Shown: positions 35,748-45,425 of the stretch, in pieces | How positions within the stretch are numbered: the first letter of the stretch is position 1 | Layout of the letters: the number at the start of each line of letters is the position of its first letter | DNA from: Paludibacteraceae bacterium | GTDB lineage: Bacteria > Bacteroidota > Bacteroidia > Bacteroidales > Paludibacteraceae | Length of the DNA: 64,000 nt | Assembly (NCBI GenBank): GCA_045532335.1 | Contig: JAZSFR010000008.1 | Coordinates: 128,643 to 192,642 of the forward strand | Direction: 5' to 3' | Made by a program: the position numbers and the translations under genes | The notes under the pieces: model-generated | What the model was told of the DNA's origin: nothing | What the model saw: the letters and a program-made list of their open reading frames with translations, nothing else | Database searches by the model: none

Positions 35748-37131
35748 TTGTTCCTAGCGCTCCTACTACTCCGATGATCCACCACCATCTCACTCTATCT
35801 CCTCGCATCATTAGTATGCCGCATACCAATGCGATATACATACATCCTGCACTTATCCCACTGATTTCCATTTGAGTAGTCGAGTAGGGCAGGGACTCTA
35901 TCCACTCCACCGCCTCTCGCATTACCCAGGTACTCCATTTGGCTACTATACCTAACCACTCTCCGATTACACACCACGAGAAGGCCAAAGTGCCAAAACC
36001 TAATAGCAGGACCACAAAGGCCATCGGGATGACGATCAGATTGGTTAATGCAAAATAATTACTTGTCTGTCCAAAATAATACAAGGTCAAAGGCATGGTT
36101 GCCAATTGTGCGCCAACGGATACCATCAGCAATCCGCCGATATACTTGCTCCATTTACTCCTCAACCTCGTATGTTGTTGCATCCAAGAGGCTATCACCA
36201 TAATGCCCATGACGGCTGCAAAACTCAACTGAAAACTTACGCTCCATAATGCCAATGGATTGATCAATAATATGATAACCGCTGCGGCTAAAATGGGGTT
36301 CCAACGCGATGTGTGTCGTCCCATTAAGTATGTCAATTCCCAAAAACTCAACATCAGCGCACTACGCATCACCGATGGACTCAAACCTGTGACAAACGCA
36401 TAAATCCAGAGTAATACTAGTAATATACTACTGAGCAACCATCGTTTGCCTTTTTCTTCGTATAAGGGTTTTCCCCAACCGCCCAGGGTTAATATCCACA
36501 TGATGATTCCCCAAACAATACCTGTGTGCAATCCGCTCACGGCCAGAACGTGCATCGCTCCTGATGCCGAGAAACTCTGCTGTATTCCTTTGTCTAACTC
36601 CCCTCTGTATCCCAATGTCAGTGCCGATAATATCCCCAACTCTTTGCCATCTATTCCCATCTTTTTGTATTGCTCGCTCAAGGCATACTGACACCGCTGT
36701 GCTATGGCTCGGATTCCTTTTCTTGGTTGATGACCGACTATTTGCCAATTGCCTCTATGTGCCCATGCTGTACCTACTATCCCTTGTCGGCGTAAATATA
36801 AACCATAATCAAAATCTCCCAATGTGTCTCCTCGATGAATACTCGTTTCTACTAGTAGAATATCTCCCTCGTGGGGCATAGGCAGACTGTCTTTTTGCAG
36901 GTAGAGTAGGATATTTTTGCCGTCTTCTAGGCTGGCTTCGTAGCGAATCGTTTTAGATCGTTCTTGCCCTTCGCTCTGCACGTGGAAGGCAAAGAGTTTA
37001 GTGGTGTCTAAATAATTGAATTCGGTGTCTTTCAATAAATTAAGCGGCTTACCACAGTAGCCGCTCAATAGTATTATTCCCACCAGCGGAACTAGCACTA
37101 GCAACCATGTATGTCCCGCCAACCATTTCAT
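35728..37131 (-). CDS. ComEC/Rec2 family membrane protein (competence-domain only)
   Basis: 467 aa polytopic protein. The motif FSASGAMHVLAVSGLHTGIV is typical of the ComEC competence domain. There is no metallo-beta-lactamase domain. Confidence 0.8.
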   Translation of the reverse strand: MKWLAGHTWLLVLVPLVGIILLSGYCGKPLNLLKDTEFNYLDTTKLFAFHVQSEGQERSKTIRYEASLEDGKNILLYLQKDSLPMPHEGDILLVETSIHRGDTLGDFDYGLYLRRQGIVGTAWAHRGNWQIVGHQPRKGIRAIAQRCQYALSEQYKKMGIDGKELGILSALTLGYRGELDKGIQQSFSASGAMHVLAVSGLHTGIVWGIIMWILTLGGWGKPLYEEKGKRWLLSSILLVLLWIYAFVTGLSPSVMRSALMLSFWELTYLMGRHTSRWNPILAAAVIILLINPLALWSVSFQLSFAAVMGIMVIASWMQQHTRLRSKWSKYIGGLLMVSVGAQLATMPLTLYYFGQTSNYFALTNLIVIPMAFVVLLLGFGTLAFSWCVIGEWLGIVAKWSTWVMREAVEWIESLPYSTTQMEISGISAGCMYIALVCGILMMRGDRVRWWWIIGVVGALGTSLVFSI

Positions 37132-37171
37132 ATACCGCCTAACCGTCTAACCGATATTAACCGCTTACCGA

Positions 37172-37819
37172 TTAATCCTGCTTCAGTAGGTTAACCATTG
37201 CGATTGGATCTTCTGCGCCGAATACCGCACTACCTGCTACCAATATATCCGCACCTGCTTTCCATAATTCGGGTGCCCATTTGGCATTCACACCGCCATC
37301 TACCTCTATCAGGGTCTTCAATCCGCGGCGATCAATCTCCTCTCGTAGATAGCGCAAACGGTCCAATGACTCCACGATAAAACTTTGACCACCGTATCCT
37401 GCTTGCACAGACATAAGGAGCACCATATCCACTTCACCCAAGTATGGATCGAGACTATGGATGTCGGTCTTTGGGTTGATAGTTAGGCAGGTGCGTACAC
37501 CTTTCTGGCGAATCAACTCAATCACTGGCATTGGATCATCTACTGCCTCAATATGAAAACCTACACTCCACGCACCTGCGTCGCAAAAACGCTCTACATA
37601 CTTCTCAGGATGGGTAATCATCAGGTGCACATCCAGAGGTTTTGTGCAATGTTTGCGGCAGGCTTCCATAACTGGAAAACCAAACGAAATGTTTGGTACA
37701 AACACGCCGTCCATAACATCAATGTGTAGGTACTCTGCGCTGCTTTGATTGATCATCTCGCAGTCGCGTTGCAGATTGCCAAAGTCGGCAGATAATAATG
37801 ATGGTGATATTGCTCTCAT
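37172..37819 (-). CDS. rpe: ribulose-phosphate 3-epimerase
   Basis: 215 aa. ISPSLLSADF...HIDVMDG.FVPN...MSV.AGYGGQ.F motifs. Confidence 0.95.
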   Translation of the reverse strand: MRAISPSLLSADFGNLQRDCEMINQSSAEYLHIDVMDGVFVPNISFGFPVMEACRKHCTKPLDVHLMITHPEKYVERFCDAGAWSVGFHIEAVDDPMPVIELIRQKGVRTCLTINPKTDIHSLDPYLGEVDMVLLMSVQAGYGGQSFIVESLDRLRYLREEIDRRGLKTLIEVDGGVNAKWAPELWKAGADILVAGSAVFGAEDPIAMVNLLKQD

Positions 37820-37928
37820 ATATCCTTACCTTTAAACTCTAAACTTTTTCTATTCCCACAGATCTCACTGATTTTGCACGGATTCCCAATAGTTTATAAT
37901 TAGTGAATATCCGTGAAATCCGTGGGAC

Positions 37929-39050
37929 TTATATCATATAAAATGTCGCAGACATTTTCCCCCACTCATATTTCTTCTTCTCCTCTTTCAAGTACTCTGT
38001 GAATGTCTCTTGTCTATCGTACCCATAGTAGTCTTTTAGACTCTGAGCTATCGCTTCCACTTTTGGCTCGCAAGCGTAACCCATCTTGCCGTCATGGATG
38101 ATTTCGCCTAGTCCACCTACATTGGTTACCAAACATGGTTTCTCAAAGTGAAATGCCACTTGTGTCACACCGCTCTGTGTGGCAGACTTATAAGGTTGTA
38201 CAATCAAATCTGCTGCACCGAAATACTTGCATAAGTCTGCATCAGCTACAAACTCATTCTTCACAATGACTCGATCTTTTAACCCGTTGACTTCTATCTG
38301 TGCGCGATATTTGTCCTCGTCCTCGTAAAACTCACCTGCGATAATCAACTGCAAGTCCTTCAAATCATCTTTCACCTGTCCAAAAGCATCAAGCAGCCAG
38401 TCCAAACCCTTGTAGGCTCTCACGAGTCCAAAGAACAACATATAGTTCTTCTTCTCATCCAATCCCAACACCTGGCATGCACCCCTCTTGCTCATGGGTT
38501 CGCCATAGTGGTCATACACAGGGTGTGGAGAGAATGTCTTAGGTTTGTTCTCCTTATCGAGTTTAGCGATATCCTTCACTACGCTGTCTGATAGGGCCAC
38601 AAAACCATCAGTCTGCTTAACATAAAAAGGTGCAAATAACTTGTCTAAGATATTTGGCTCGTGTGGTATCATATTGTGTACCAATGCGATACAACGGGTC
38701 TTGCCGTTTCTCTTGACGAGTTTTTGGATAATGCCGTAGCAGGGGGCGAAGAAGGCCATCCAGTAGCAACTGATCACCATGTCGGGTGCCTCTTTTTGTA
38801 GGCGTTTACCCACGCGTAACCAGTTGAATGGATTGCATGAGTGGATGGCACGGCGGATAGTGATGCCTTCGGGAGCAGCTTCTTGACTGAATTGCGTTTT
38901 ACCAGGGAATAGGAAACTAGGGTATTGCAAGGTAAAAGTCAAGACTTCTACCTCGTGTCCTTCTAGGATAAATTGTTTAGCCAGTCGTTCGTTGAACGCT
39001 GCTAGCCCACCTCTGTAAGGCCATGCTGTACCTAGTATAACTATTTTCAT
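37929..39050 (-). CDS. GT4-family glycosyltransferase
   Basis: MKIVILGTAWPYRGG start (ATG 39050, downstream of the -7 box at 39086-39093). C-terminal E..G....E GT-B motif region (SATQSGVTQVAFHFEKPCLVTNVGGLGE). Confidence 0.8.
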   Translation of the reverse strand: MKIVILGTAWPYRGGLAAFNERLAKQFILEGHEVEVLTFTLQYPSFLFPGKTQFSQEAAPEGITIRRAIHSCNPFNWLRVGKRLQKEAPDMVISCYWMAFFAPCYGIIQKLVKRNGKTRCIALVHNMIPHEPNILDKLFAPFYVKQTDGFVALSDSVVKDIAKLDKENKPKTFSPHPVYDHYGEPMSKRGACQVLGLDEKKNYMLFFGLVRAYKGLDWLLDAFGQVKDDLKDLQLIIAGEFYEDEDKYRAQIEVNGLKDRVIVKNEFVADADLCKYFGAADLIVQPYKSATQSGVTQVAFHFEKPCLVTNVGGLGEIIHDGKMGYACEPKVEAIAQSLKDYYGYDRQETFTEYLKEEKKKYEWGKMSATFYMI

Positions 39051-39085
39051 ATAGTCAAGTGTATCTTCGTTTGTGAATGACCTTG

Positions 39086-39117
39086 CAAAGGTACAAAAAT
39101 TCTTGCATATTTGCAAA
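39086..39117 (-). promoter_or_regulatory. promoter of GT4 gene (and possibly the downstream rpe-comEC-xseA run)
   Basis: On the minus strand: TTTGCAAATATGCAAGAATTTTTGTACCTTTG. It is divergent from the glyQS promoter. Confidence 0.65.
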
Positions 39118-39141
39118 CAAAAAGAATAATTCTCTTTTAAA

Positions 39142-39173
39142 TTTGTGTATATCACAAAAAATCACTACCTTTG
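39142..39173 (+). promoter_or_regulatory. promoter of glyQS
   Basis: TTTGTGTATATCACAAAAAATCACTACCTTTG. Confidence 0.65.
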
Positions 39174-39241
39174 CACCCAAATTGGCTTTTTGTGCCAACT
39201 TCTGAACTTCTAAACAATTGAACTATTAAACTTAACAAGAT

Positions 39242-40786
39242 ATGGCAACACAAGAAGAAACCTTCAAAAAACTAGTCGCACACTGCAAGGAGTACGGTTT
39301 TGTATTCCCTAGCAGCGAGATTTACGACGGACTTGGCGCCGTGTATGATTACGGTCAAAACGGTGTAGAACTCAAGAACAACATCAAGAAATACTGGTGG
39401 GACGCTATGACCATGCTTCACGAGAATATCGTGGGTATTGACGCTAGTATTTTTATGCATCCAACCACTTGGAAAGCATCTGGTCACGTGGACGCATTCA
39501 ATGATCCACTCATCGACAACAAAGATAGCAAGAAGCGCTACCGCGCAGATGTACTTATTGAGGACCAACTTGCTAAGTACGACGAGAAGATCGAGAAAGA
39601 GGTGGCCAAAGCTCGCAAACGCTTCGGCGAGAGTTTTGACGAGGAGATGTTCAAGCAAACCAATGAGCGTGTAAAAGTTAACGTGGAGAAACGCAATGCT
39701 CTTCACGAGCGTTTTGCTACCGCTCTCAATGATAGCAACCTTGAGGAACTCAAACAAATCATCCTTGATGAGGAGATCGTTTGCCCTATCTCTGGTACCC
39801 GCAACTGGACCGATGTGCGTCAGTTCAACCTCATGTTCTCTACCGAGATGGGTTCTACTGCCGATGGCGCCATGAAGATTTATCTTCGTCCTGAGACTGC
39901 ACAAGGTATCTTTGTAAACTACCTTAATGTACAAAAGACTGGTCGTATGAAGATTCCTTTCGGCATCGCACAGATCGGTAAGGCTTTCCGTAACGAGATT
40001 GTAGCTCGCCAATTCGTATTCCGTATGCGTGAGTTCGAGCAAATGGAGATGCAGTTCTTCGTTCGTCCTGGCGAGGAGATGAAGTGGTTTGAGTACTGGA
40101 AAGAGTTCCGTCTCAAATGGCACAAGGCTCTAGGTATGGGTGATGAGAATTACCGCTATCACGATCACGATAAGTTGGCTCACTATGCTAACGCAGCTAC
40201 TGATATTGAATTCCAAATGCCATTTGGTTTCAAGGAGGTAGAGGGTATTCACAGCCGTACAGACTTCGATTTGAGCCAACATGCACAATATAGTGGTAAG
40301 AAGATCGAGTACTTCGATCCAGAACTCAACAAGAGCTATACCCCATATGTAATTGAGACTTCTATCGGTGTTGACCGTATGTTCCTCTCTGTTATGTGCG
40401 GTGCATATAAGGAGGAGGTGCTCGAGGGTGGTGACACTCGTGTGGTATTGAACTTGCCAGCTGTGCTCGCTCCTGTTAAGGCGTGCGTGATGCCTCTCGT
40501 GAAGAAAGATGGTCTTCCAGAGAAAGCGCGCGAGATCGTGGATATGCTCAAGTATGACTTCCACACCAACTACGATGAGAAAGACTCTATTGGTAAACGT
40601 TATCGTCGTCAAGATGCAGTAGGTACACCATTCTGTATCACTGTGGATCACGACACCTTGAATGACAATTGCGTGACTATCCGCCACCGTGACACCATGG
40701 CACAAGAGCGCGTAGCTATCGACGACTTGCATGCTATTTTGAGCAAGGCTTGCAACATGCGCGAGACTTTCAAGAAACTTAAGTAA
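39242..40786 (+). CDS. glyQS: glycine--tRNA ligase (alpha2 homodimeric type)
   Basis: 514 aa. FVFPSSEIYDGL..YDYG..G, RPETAQG, FRNEI class II motifs. Confidence 0.95.
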   Translation: MATQEETFKKLVAHCKEYGFVFPSSEIYDGLGAVYDYGQNGVELKNNIKKYWWDAMTMLHENIVGIDASIFMHPTTWKASGHVDAFNDPLIDNKDSKKRYRADVLIEDQLAKYDEKIEKEVAKARKRFGESFDEEMFKQTNERVKVNVEKRNALHERFATALNDSNLEELKQIILDEEIVCPISGTRNWTDVRQFNLMFSTEMGSTADGAMKIYLRPETAQGIFVNYLNVQKTGRMKIPFGIAQIGKAFRNEIVARQFVFRMREFEQMEMQFFVRPGEEMKWFEYWKEFRLKWHKALGMGDENYRYHDHDKLAHYANAATDIEFQMPFGFKEVEGIHSRTDFDLSQHAQYSGKKIEYFDPELNKSYTPYVIETSIGVDRMFLSVMCGAYKEEVLEGGDTRVVLNLPAVLAPVKACVMPLVKKDGLPEKAREIVDMLKYDFHTNYDEKDSIGKRYRRQDAVGTPFCITVDHDTLNDNCVTIRHRDTMAQERVAIDDLHAILSKACNMRETFKKLK

Positions 40787-40814
40787 TTGCTAGTCTCACT
40801 AGTACTAATAATCA

Positions 40815-40847
40815 CAGGCAACCTTTACGGGTTGCCTGTTTTTTTTA
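40815..40847 (+). terminator. intrinsic terminator after glyQS
   Basis: CAGGCAACC / GGTTGCCTG followed by T9. Confidence 0.85.
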
Positions 40848-40864
40848 CTCGGTTAGAGTTGTAA

Positions 40865-40906
40865 TAAAAAAATCGCCACTTATGTCTGTTAAACATAAAT
40901 GGCGAT
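40865..40906 (-). terminator. terminator after starch-binding protein gene
   Basis: Arms ATCGCCACTTATGT (40872-40885) and ACATAAATGGCGAT (40893-40906), one mismatch. A T-run follows on the minus strand (A7 at 40865-40871). Confidence 0.7.
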
Positions 40907-40954
40907 ATCTTCTGGCTGACACACCGTTTTTAGGGATAGTATGAAGGTCTTATT

Positions 40955-42034
40955 TTACTTTACTTCTTGACCTAGGAGATTAAACATCACACCATCACGC
41001 AATACAACGATTTGACCGTTGTAGATAGTTTTGGTCGCGTGTTTAGTGGTTACTATATTTTCTACATCTGTAGATTCTGGGCAATCAACTACGGTATAAG
41101 TAGCCTTAGTCGCACCATCGGTAGCAATAGCTACGCAAGTGTTCTCCTTGATGCCAGCGATATCTACTGTTTGGTTAGCATCGCCATTCCAACCAGCACC
41201 ATTCTTGAAAATGATATTGAGTTCCGCACAGTGCTCGGTAACTGCATACCACTCGCCTTCTTGAGTAGGAATAACCTCTTTGCCTGGCTCGCTTGCGTGC
41301 CATACCCATGCTGTGATTTGGTCAGTCCACTCTGCAGGAACAGTAGCCTTAACCGTGATGTCTTTTGGCTCTGGTAGTGGATCTGTACCTGGGTTATCAC
41401 CCTCGCAATCAACAGCGGTGTAGTTAGCTTTACCAGCACCAGCAGTGATCTCGATACAAGTGTTCTCTGTGAAAGTCATATCTACAGTTTGGTTTGCATC
41501 GCCATTCCAACCAGCACCATTCTTGAAGATGATGTTGAGCTCTGAGCAATTCTCAGTAACTACATACCAGTCACCATCTTTGGTAGGAACTACCTCTGTA
41601 CCTGCGCCACCAGTAGGCCATACCCATGCAGTGATTTGGTCAGTCCACTCAGCAGGAACTTTAGCTTTTACAGTGATATCCTTAGCCTCACCTGGCTCAG
41701 GCACGTTGGTAGGATCGTATACATCAGCCCATGCTTCTACTACGTCCTCTGCAGCATAAGTACGGTCAGCAACATCACTGCCATCTGCAGTTTTCTCTAC
41801 ATAAGCCCAACTTGGACCAGAGCAGTATTTATACTTCATCGCATCAGTAGCATCAGCCACATCGATGGTGTAGTGAGTGTCATCTACTTTGGTCATTTCT
41901 ACTTGACTCCAGCCATTCATCTCACCTGCGATATAGCAAGCCTTAGTACCTGCTGGAACGGTTACATTGTAAGTCAATGCGAACATTGACATTGCGCAAA
42001 TGCATGCGCTGAAAAGAGTAAAGATTTTCTTCAT
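40955..42034 (-). CDS. secreted starch-binding-module protein with T9SS C-terminal sorting domain
   Basis: 359 aa. Signal peptide, one CBM-like domain (YIAGEMNGW...), then two near-identical ~95-aa modules (KDITVKA.VPAEWTDQITAWVW...NIIFKNGAGWNGDANQTVD). The C-terminus ...IYNGQIVVLRDGVMFNLLGQEVK is a Por/T9SS CTD pattern. Confidence 0.75.
   Translation of the reverse strand: MKKIFTLFSACICAMSMFALTYNVTVPAGTKACYIAGEMNGWSQVEMTKVDDTHYTIDVADATDAMKYKYCSGPSWAYVEKTADGSDVADRTYAAEDVVEAWADVYDPTNVPEPGEAKDITVKAKVPAEWTDQITAWVWPTGGAGTEVVPTKDGDWYVVTENCSELNIIFKNGAGWNGDANQTVDMTFTENTCIEITAGAGKANYTAVDCEGDNPGTDPLPEPKDITVKATVPAEWTDQITAWVWHASEPGKEVIPTQEGEWYAVTEHCAELNIIFKNGAGWNGDANQTVDIAGIKENTCVAIATDGATKATYTVVDCPESTDVENIVTTKHATKTIYNGQIVVLRDGVMFNLLGQEVK
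41081..41683 (-). repeat. tandem duplication of ~95-aa starch-binding-like module within the CDS
   Basis: The modules at 41405-41683 and 41081-41365 share long identical nucleotide runs, for example GCATCGCCATTCCAACCAGCACCATTCTTGAA. Confidence 0.85.
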
Positions 42035-42129
42035 GTTGTTATTAGTTAATAGTTAATAATGTGTCTTTTATTGTAAAGCGGTTCAACGCCTAACCGTAAC
42101 CGTATAACCGTTTAACCGCTTCTCTTATA

Positions 42130-45100
42130 TTATTCAACAACCTTTCCCATCACATTGTAGAGAACACCCTCGTGGAGGATCATGAGTTGACCATCACGGA
42201 TGAACTTAGTTGCAGTAGTAGTCACTATAATATTCTCTACATCGGTGCCTGTGCAGTCGATGATTTTAGCCTTTCCGTTCTCCCAACCATAACATACATC
42301 CTCATCAGTCCATAGGTCGGCAGATTGAGTGCCACTACCATTGTTGAAGATGAAGTTAACCTCCTTGACATCTGTGTCGAAAGTGAAGTAGTAGAGTCCT
42401 TGTGCATTCTTCTTGATCATTTCTGCACCTGGCCATTGACCATTGTAGAGGGTAGCACCACCATCGTTCCATGCATAGAGGTGAACCTTGGTCCAGTCTT
42501 CAGGTTTTTGGAAGGCAATAGTGAGTGGAGTAGCTTGAGGAGTCTCATAGGTATATGTATGTGTTTGCACCTCTGTCTCTTGACCATTGCTCTCTGCATA
42601 AGCCTTGAGAGTTGTTGTTGAATTAATCGTGATAGCTTGGGTGTAAGTAAGTGGCCTAGCCGCCTCTTTTGGATCAGAACCATTTAGAGTATAGTAGATA
42701 GTCGCATCGTCGCCTCCACCAATAGTAGACATGGTGATGCTGAGTGTCTCGGTCTTGAATACTCTACCCTCTGGGCTAACGATGAGTTGGAATGGGATAT
42801 TACTCAGTGAGCAGTTTTGGCTGAGTTTCTCTTGGGTACCGTCCCACTCGTAGCAAGCATCTTGATCAAGGATAATATCGTTGGATTGTTCACCCTCGCC
42901 ATTGCTGAAGATGATACTTACCTCGCGTACATCACCTGGGAATACTTGGTATAACCATCCGTCGCTATCTTTGGTTTTCCACTCCATACCTGGCCAAGCA
43001 CCTAAGCTAGCACCATTCCAAGCGTAGAGGTAAACCTTCTCCCATGTAGTAGGAGGCATAAACTTAACTGTCAAAGGTGTTTGTTGTGGTTCTTGGTAGG
43101 TGTAAGTAGCCTCTTGTACCTCAGAATCAACGCCATTGAGACTAGCATATGCCTTAACGGTTACTATACCATCAATGCTGAAAGCAGCAGTGTATGTCTT
43201 TTTGGTAGCTGAAGTCTTAGGGTCAGAACCATCTACAGTATAATAGATGGTTGGTTTGCCTGTCAGTGCAATGGCTGTCATCTCAACCTCGTAGCTGGCT
43301 GTCTTGTAAATAGCAGAAGGAGTGATGCTTAATACTGGCACTTCTGCTTGGGTACTGGTATAATACATAGCAAAATTACCACCCTTGTATGCCAAAGTGT
43401 AACCTTGTGGTGTGGTGTTGTAACCACTGTTAGGACCTAACAATAGACGAACAGAACCATGGTGACCAGTGATGGTCGCCTTGTAGTAACCATTGCCTGC
43501 CTCGTCGCTCACTTTAGACTCTGAGTGTACACCCGCTGCTTTACGCGCTAGTACCATCTTGCCAATAGCGTCTTTGTATTTAGCCCAATGAGGATAGAAT
43601 ACGCATGGTACACCAGGCATAGATAAGATGAAAGCATTGGCACCTAACACACGGTCTTTGTTGTAGTCTTCCATTGATTTGCCGCAACCACCGATTTCGT
43701 CGTTGTTATCACGGCCGCCTTGGCAACCGAAATAGGTATCGTGACTGTCAACAAAAGTTACCGCGAACTTGCTCAAACCTGCGCCCAAGAGTCCTGAACC
43801 CTTACACTTGGTGTAGTCACCATCAGCAATACCTTGGATAGCAGAATACTTGGTGCTGAAGTCAAAGGCTAGTGTGTTCCAATTGACATCGTTGAGGTAA
43901 CTCTTGATGTTATTCATGTCGCCATTCCAAAACTCTACTACAGAGAAGTAGTTCGCAGCTGCATTGTTGTACATATCAATGTATTTGCCTTTGAAACCTT
44001 GTGCATAGTCATAGCGCCAGCCATCAAAACCAATCTCATCCTTCATCCATTTGAGATAAGCCTTCATCATTTCTTGTACGCGTGGGTCAGCGTGTGCCCA
44101 GTCGCGCGCAGAAGCGTAGTTGTCTTGCATATTGTAACCACCATCATCGGTTCCGGTAGCTTTACCTTGCCATTCGCCTGCCTCAGGATTGTAGTTTACC
44201 TCATCGGTCTTGCATATCCAAGAAGCATCTGGTTGGAACATACCATACTCGCCAAAGTTCTGTGGGTAGAAATCGCACCAAGAGGACTTGCAACCTGCAT
44301 GGTTGATAACAATATCTGCCACTACCTTGGTGTTAGCAGCGTGCATGCGATTGATGAACTCAAGCAATTCTTTTTGTTTGCCCCAGTCTGAGTTTTGATT
44401 GCTATATTGTGTTTGGTGATAACCAGTACCACCTTCTGATTTGCCTGATGGTGGCAACCATACAAGGTCAAAATATGAACTTATTTCACCTGATTGGTTT
44501 AATAGGGTAGACCATTTGGTGTTTCCTAATGTAGTTGTACCACTGATCACTACGTCACCAGGAGCGCCTTCTCTGTATGAGTCATAGTAGAAAGCTTGGA
44601 GCATAACATCCTCGCACTCCTCAGGAACTGAACTACCGTGAGCAGGTTTGATAGGTTCATCTTCGGTGAAGTTACCTTCTAGAGTGATGCTAGCACCATT
44701 GAAGTTAACTACTACATTGCCCTTAGTTTTTAACTCAAACACCACATTGCCATCTACATCACCTACAACACCTTCTGGTGCATTAGACACTGCACTGAAA
44801 CCCCAGTTAGAAGTCCATGTTCCGTTGGTAATCTTCATGCGATATACCACATCTTCTGCCAAATCTGAGAAAGTGTGTGTGAAAGTGTTGTCTGCATTCT
44901 TGGTCATCTCAATAGCCGTCTCGCTCCATGCTTTGTCTGCACCTACAAGTTCTGCAGAACCAGTTATGTAGTAGGTCGCATCAGGGTCTGGAGTTGTATT
45001 GCCGCAATTCTGTCCAGGACCGATATAGAGCATATCGTCCTCGTATTTCAATTTGATATAAAAATCGTAAGAACCTGCTGCATTGCAAACAAGATGGTCG

Positions 45101-45369
45101 GTGTTCTTAGTGAATTTTTGATATTCACCATATGGATCAATTGCGCACATCCATGATGCACCACTACCCATGTCGTGAAGTTGTACCTTGTCACCCTGTT
45201 GCAGGGCTACGCAAGATACTAAAAACTGCTCACGCCCTTGGTGATCTGTTTCTGATTGTGCAACAGCCTCCAATTTAGTTGTGCCGTTGATTAACAAGCC
45301 GTATGGTGCGGCGTTTAGCGAAATGCTACATAGCAGAACTGCTATTAAAAATAAGTAAAACTTTTTCAT
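42130..45369 (-). CDS. GH13 alpha-amylase with N-terminal and tandem C-terminal carbohydrate-binding modules and T9SS sorting domain
   Basis: 1079 aa. GH13 regions VVADIVINHAG, GWRYDYAQGF, VVEFWNG, FVDSHDT. Two repeats of a (TIYYT.(D/N)GSDPK module plus a starch-binding-like module HLYAWN...W-P-G.EM). C-terminal FIRDGQLMILHEGVLYNVMGKVVE sorting domain. Confidence 0.9.
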   Translation of the reverse strand: MKKFYLFLIAVLLCSISLNAAPYGLLINGTTKLEAVAQSETDHQGREQFLVSCVALQQGDKVQLHDMGSGASWMCAIDPYGEYQKFTKNTDHLVCNAAGSYDFYIKLKYEDDMLYIGPGQNCGNTTPDPDATYYITGSAELVGADKAWSETAIEMTKNADNTFTHTFSDLAEDVVYRMKITNGTWTSNWGFSAVSNAPEGVVGDVDGNVVFELKTKGNVVVNFNGASITLEGNFTEDEPIKPAHGSSVPEECEDVMLQAFYYDSYREGAPGDVVISGTTTLGNTKWSTLLNQSGEISSYFDLVWLPPSGKSEGGTGYHQTQYSNQNSDWGKQKELLEFINRMHAANTKVVADIVINHAGCKSSWCDFYPQNFGEYGMFQPDASWICKTDEVNYNPEAGEWQGKATGTDDGGYNMQDNYASARDWAHADPRVQEMMKAYLKWMKDEIGFDGWRYDYAQGFKGKYIDMYNNAAANYFSVVEFWNGDMNNIKSYLNDVNWNTLAFDFSTKYSAIQGIADGDYTKCKGSGLLGAGLSKFAVTFVDSHDTYFGCQGGRDNNDEIGGCGKSMEDYNKDRVLGANAFILSMPGVPCVFYPHWAKYKDAIGKMVLARKAAGVHSESKVSDEAGNGYYKATITGHHGSVRLLLGPNSGYNTTPQGYTLAYKGGNFAMYYTSTQAEVPVLSITPSAIYKTASYEVEMTAIALTGKPTIYYTVDGSDPKTSATKKTYTAAFSIDGIVTVKAYASLNGVDSEVQEATYTYQEPQQTPLTVKFMPPTTWEKVYLYAWNGASLGAWPGMEWKTKDSDGWLYQVFPGDVREVSIIFSNGEGEQSNDIILDQDACYEWDGTQEKLSQNCSLSNIPFQLIVSPEGRVFKTETLSITMSTIGGGDDATIYYTLNGSDPKEAARPLTYTQAITINSTTTLKAYAESNGQETEVQTHTYTYETPQATPLTIAFQKPEDWTKVHLYAWNDGGATLYNGQWPGAEMIKKNAQGLYYFTFDTDVKEVNFIFNNGSGTQSADLWTDEDVCYGWENGKAKIIDCTGTDVENIIVTTTATKFIRDGQLMILHEGVLYNVMGKVVE

Positions 45370-45425
45370 TTAGTATATGTTTTTAATATTATATTCGATT
45401 TTAGGTGTTTTGTGTTTTACCCCCA

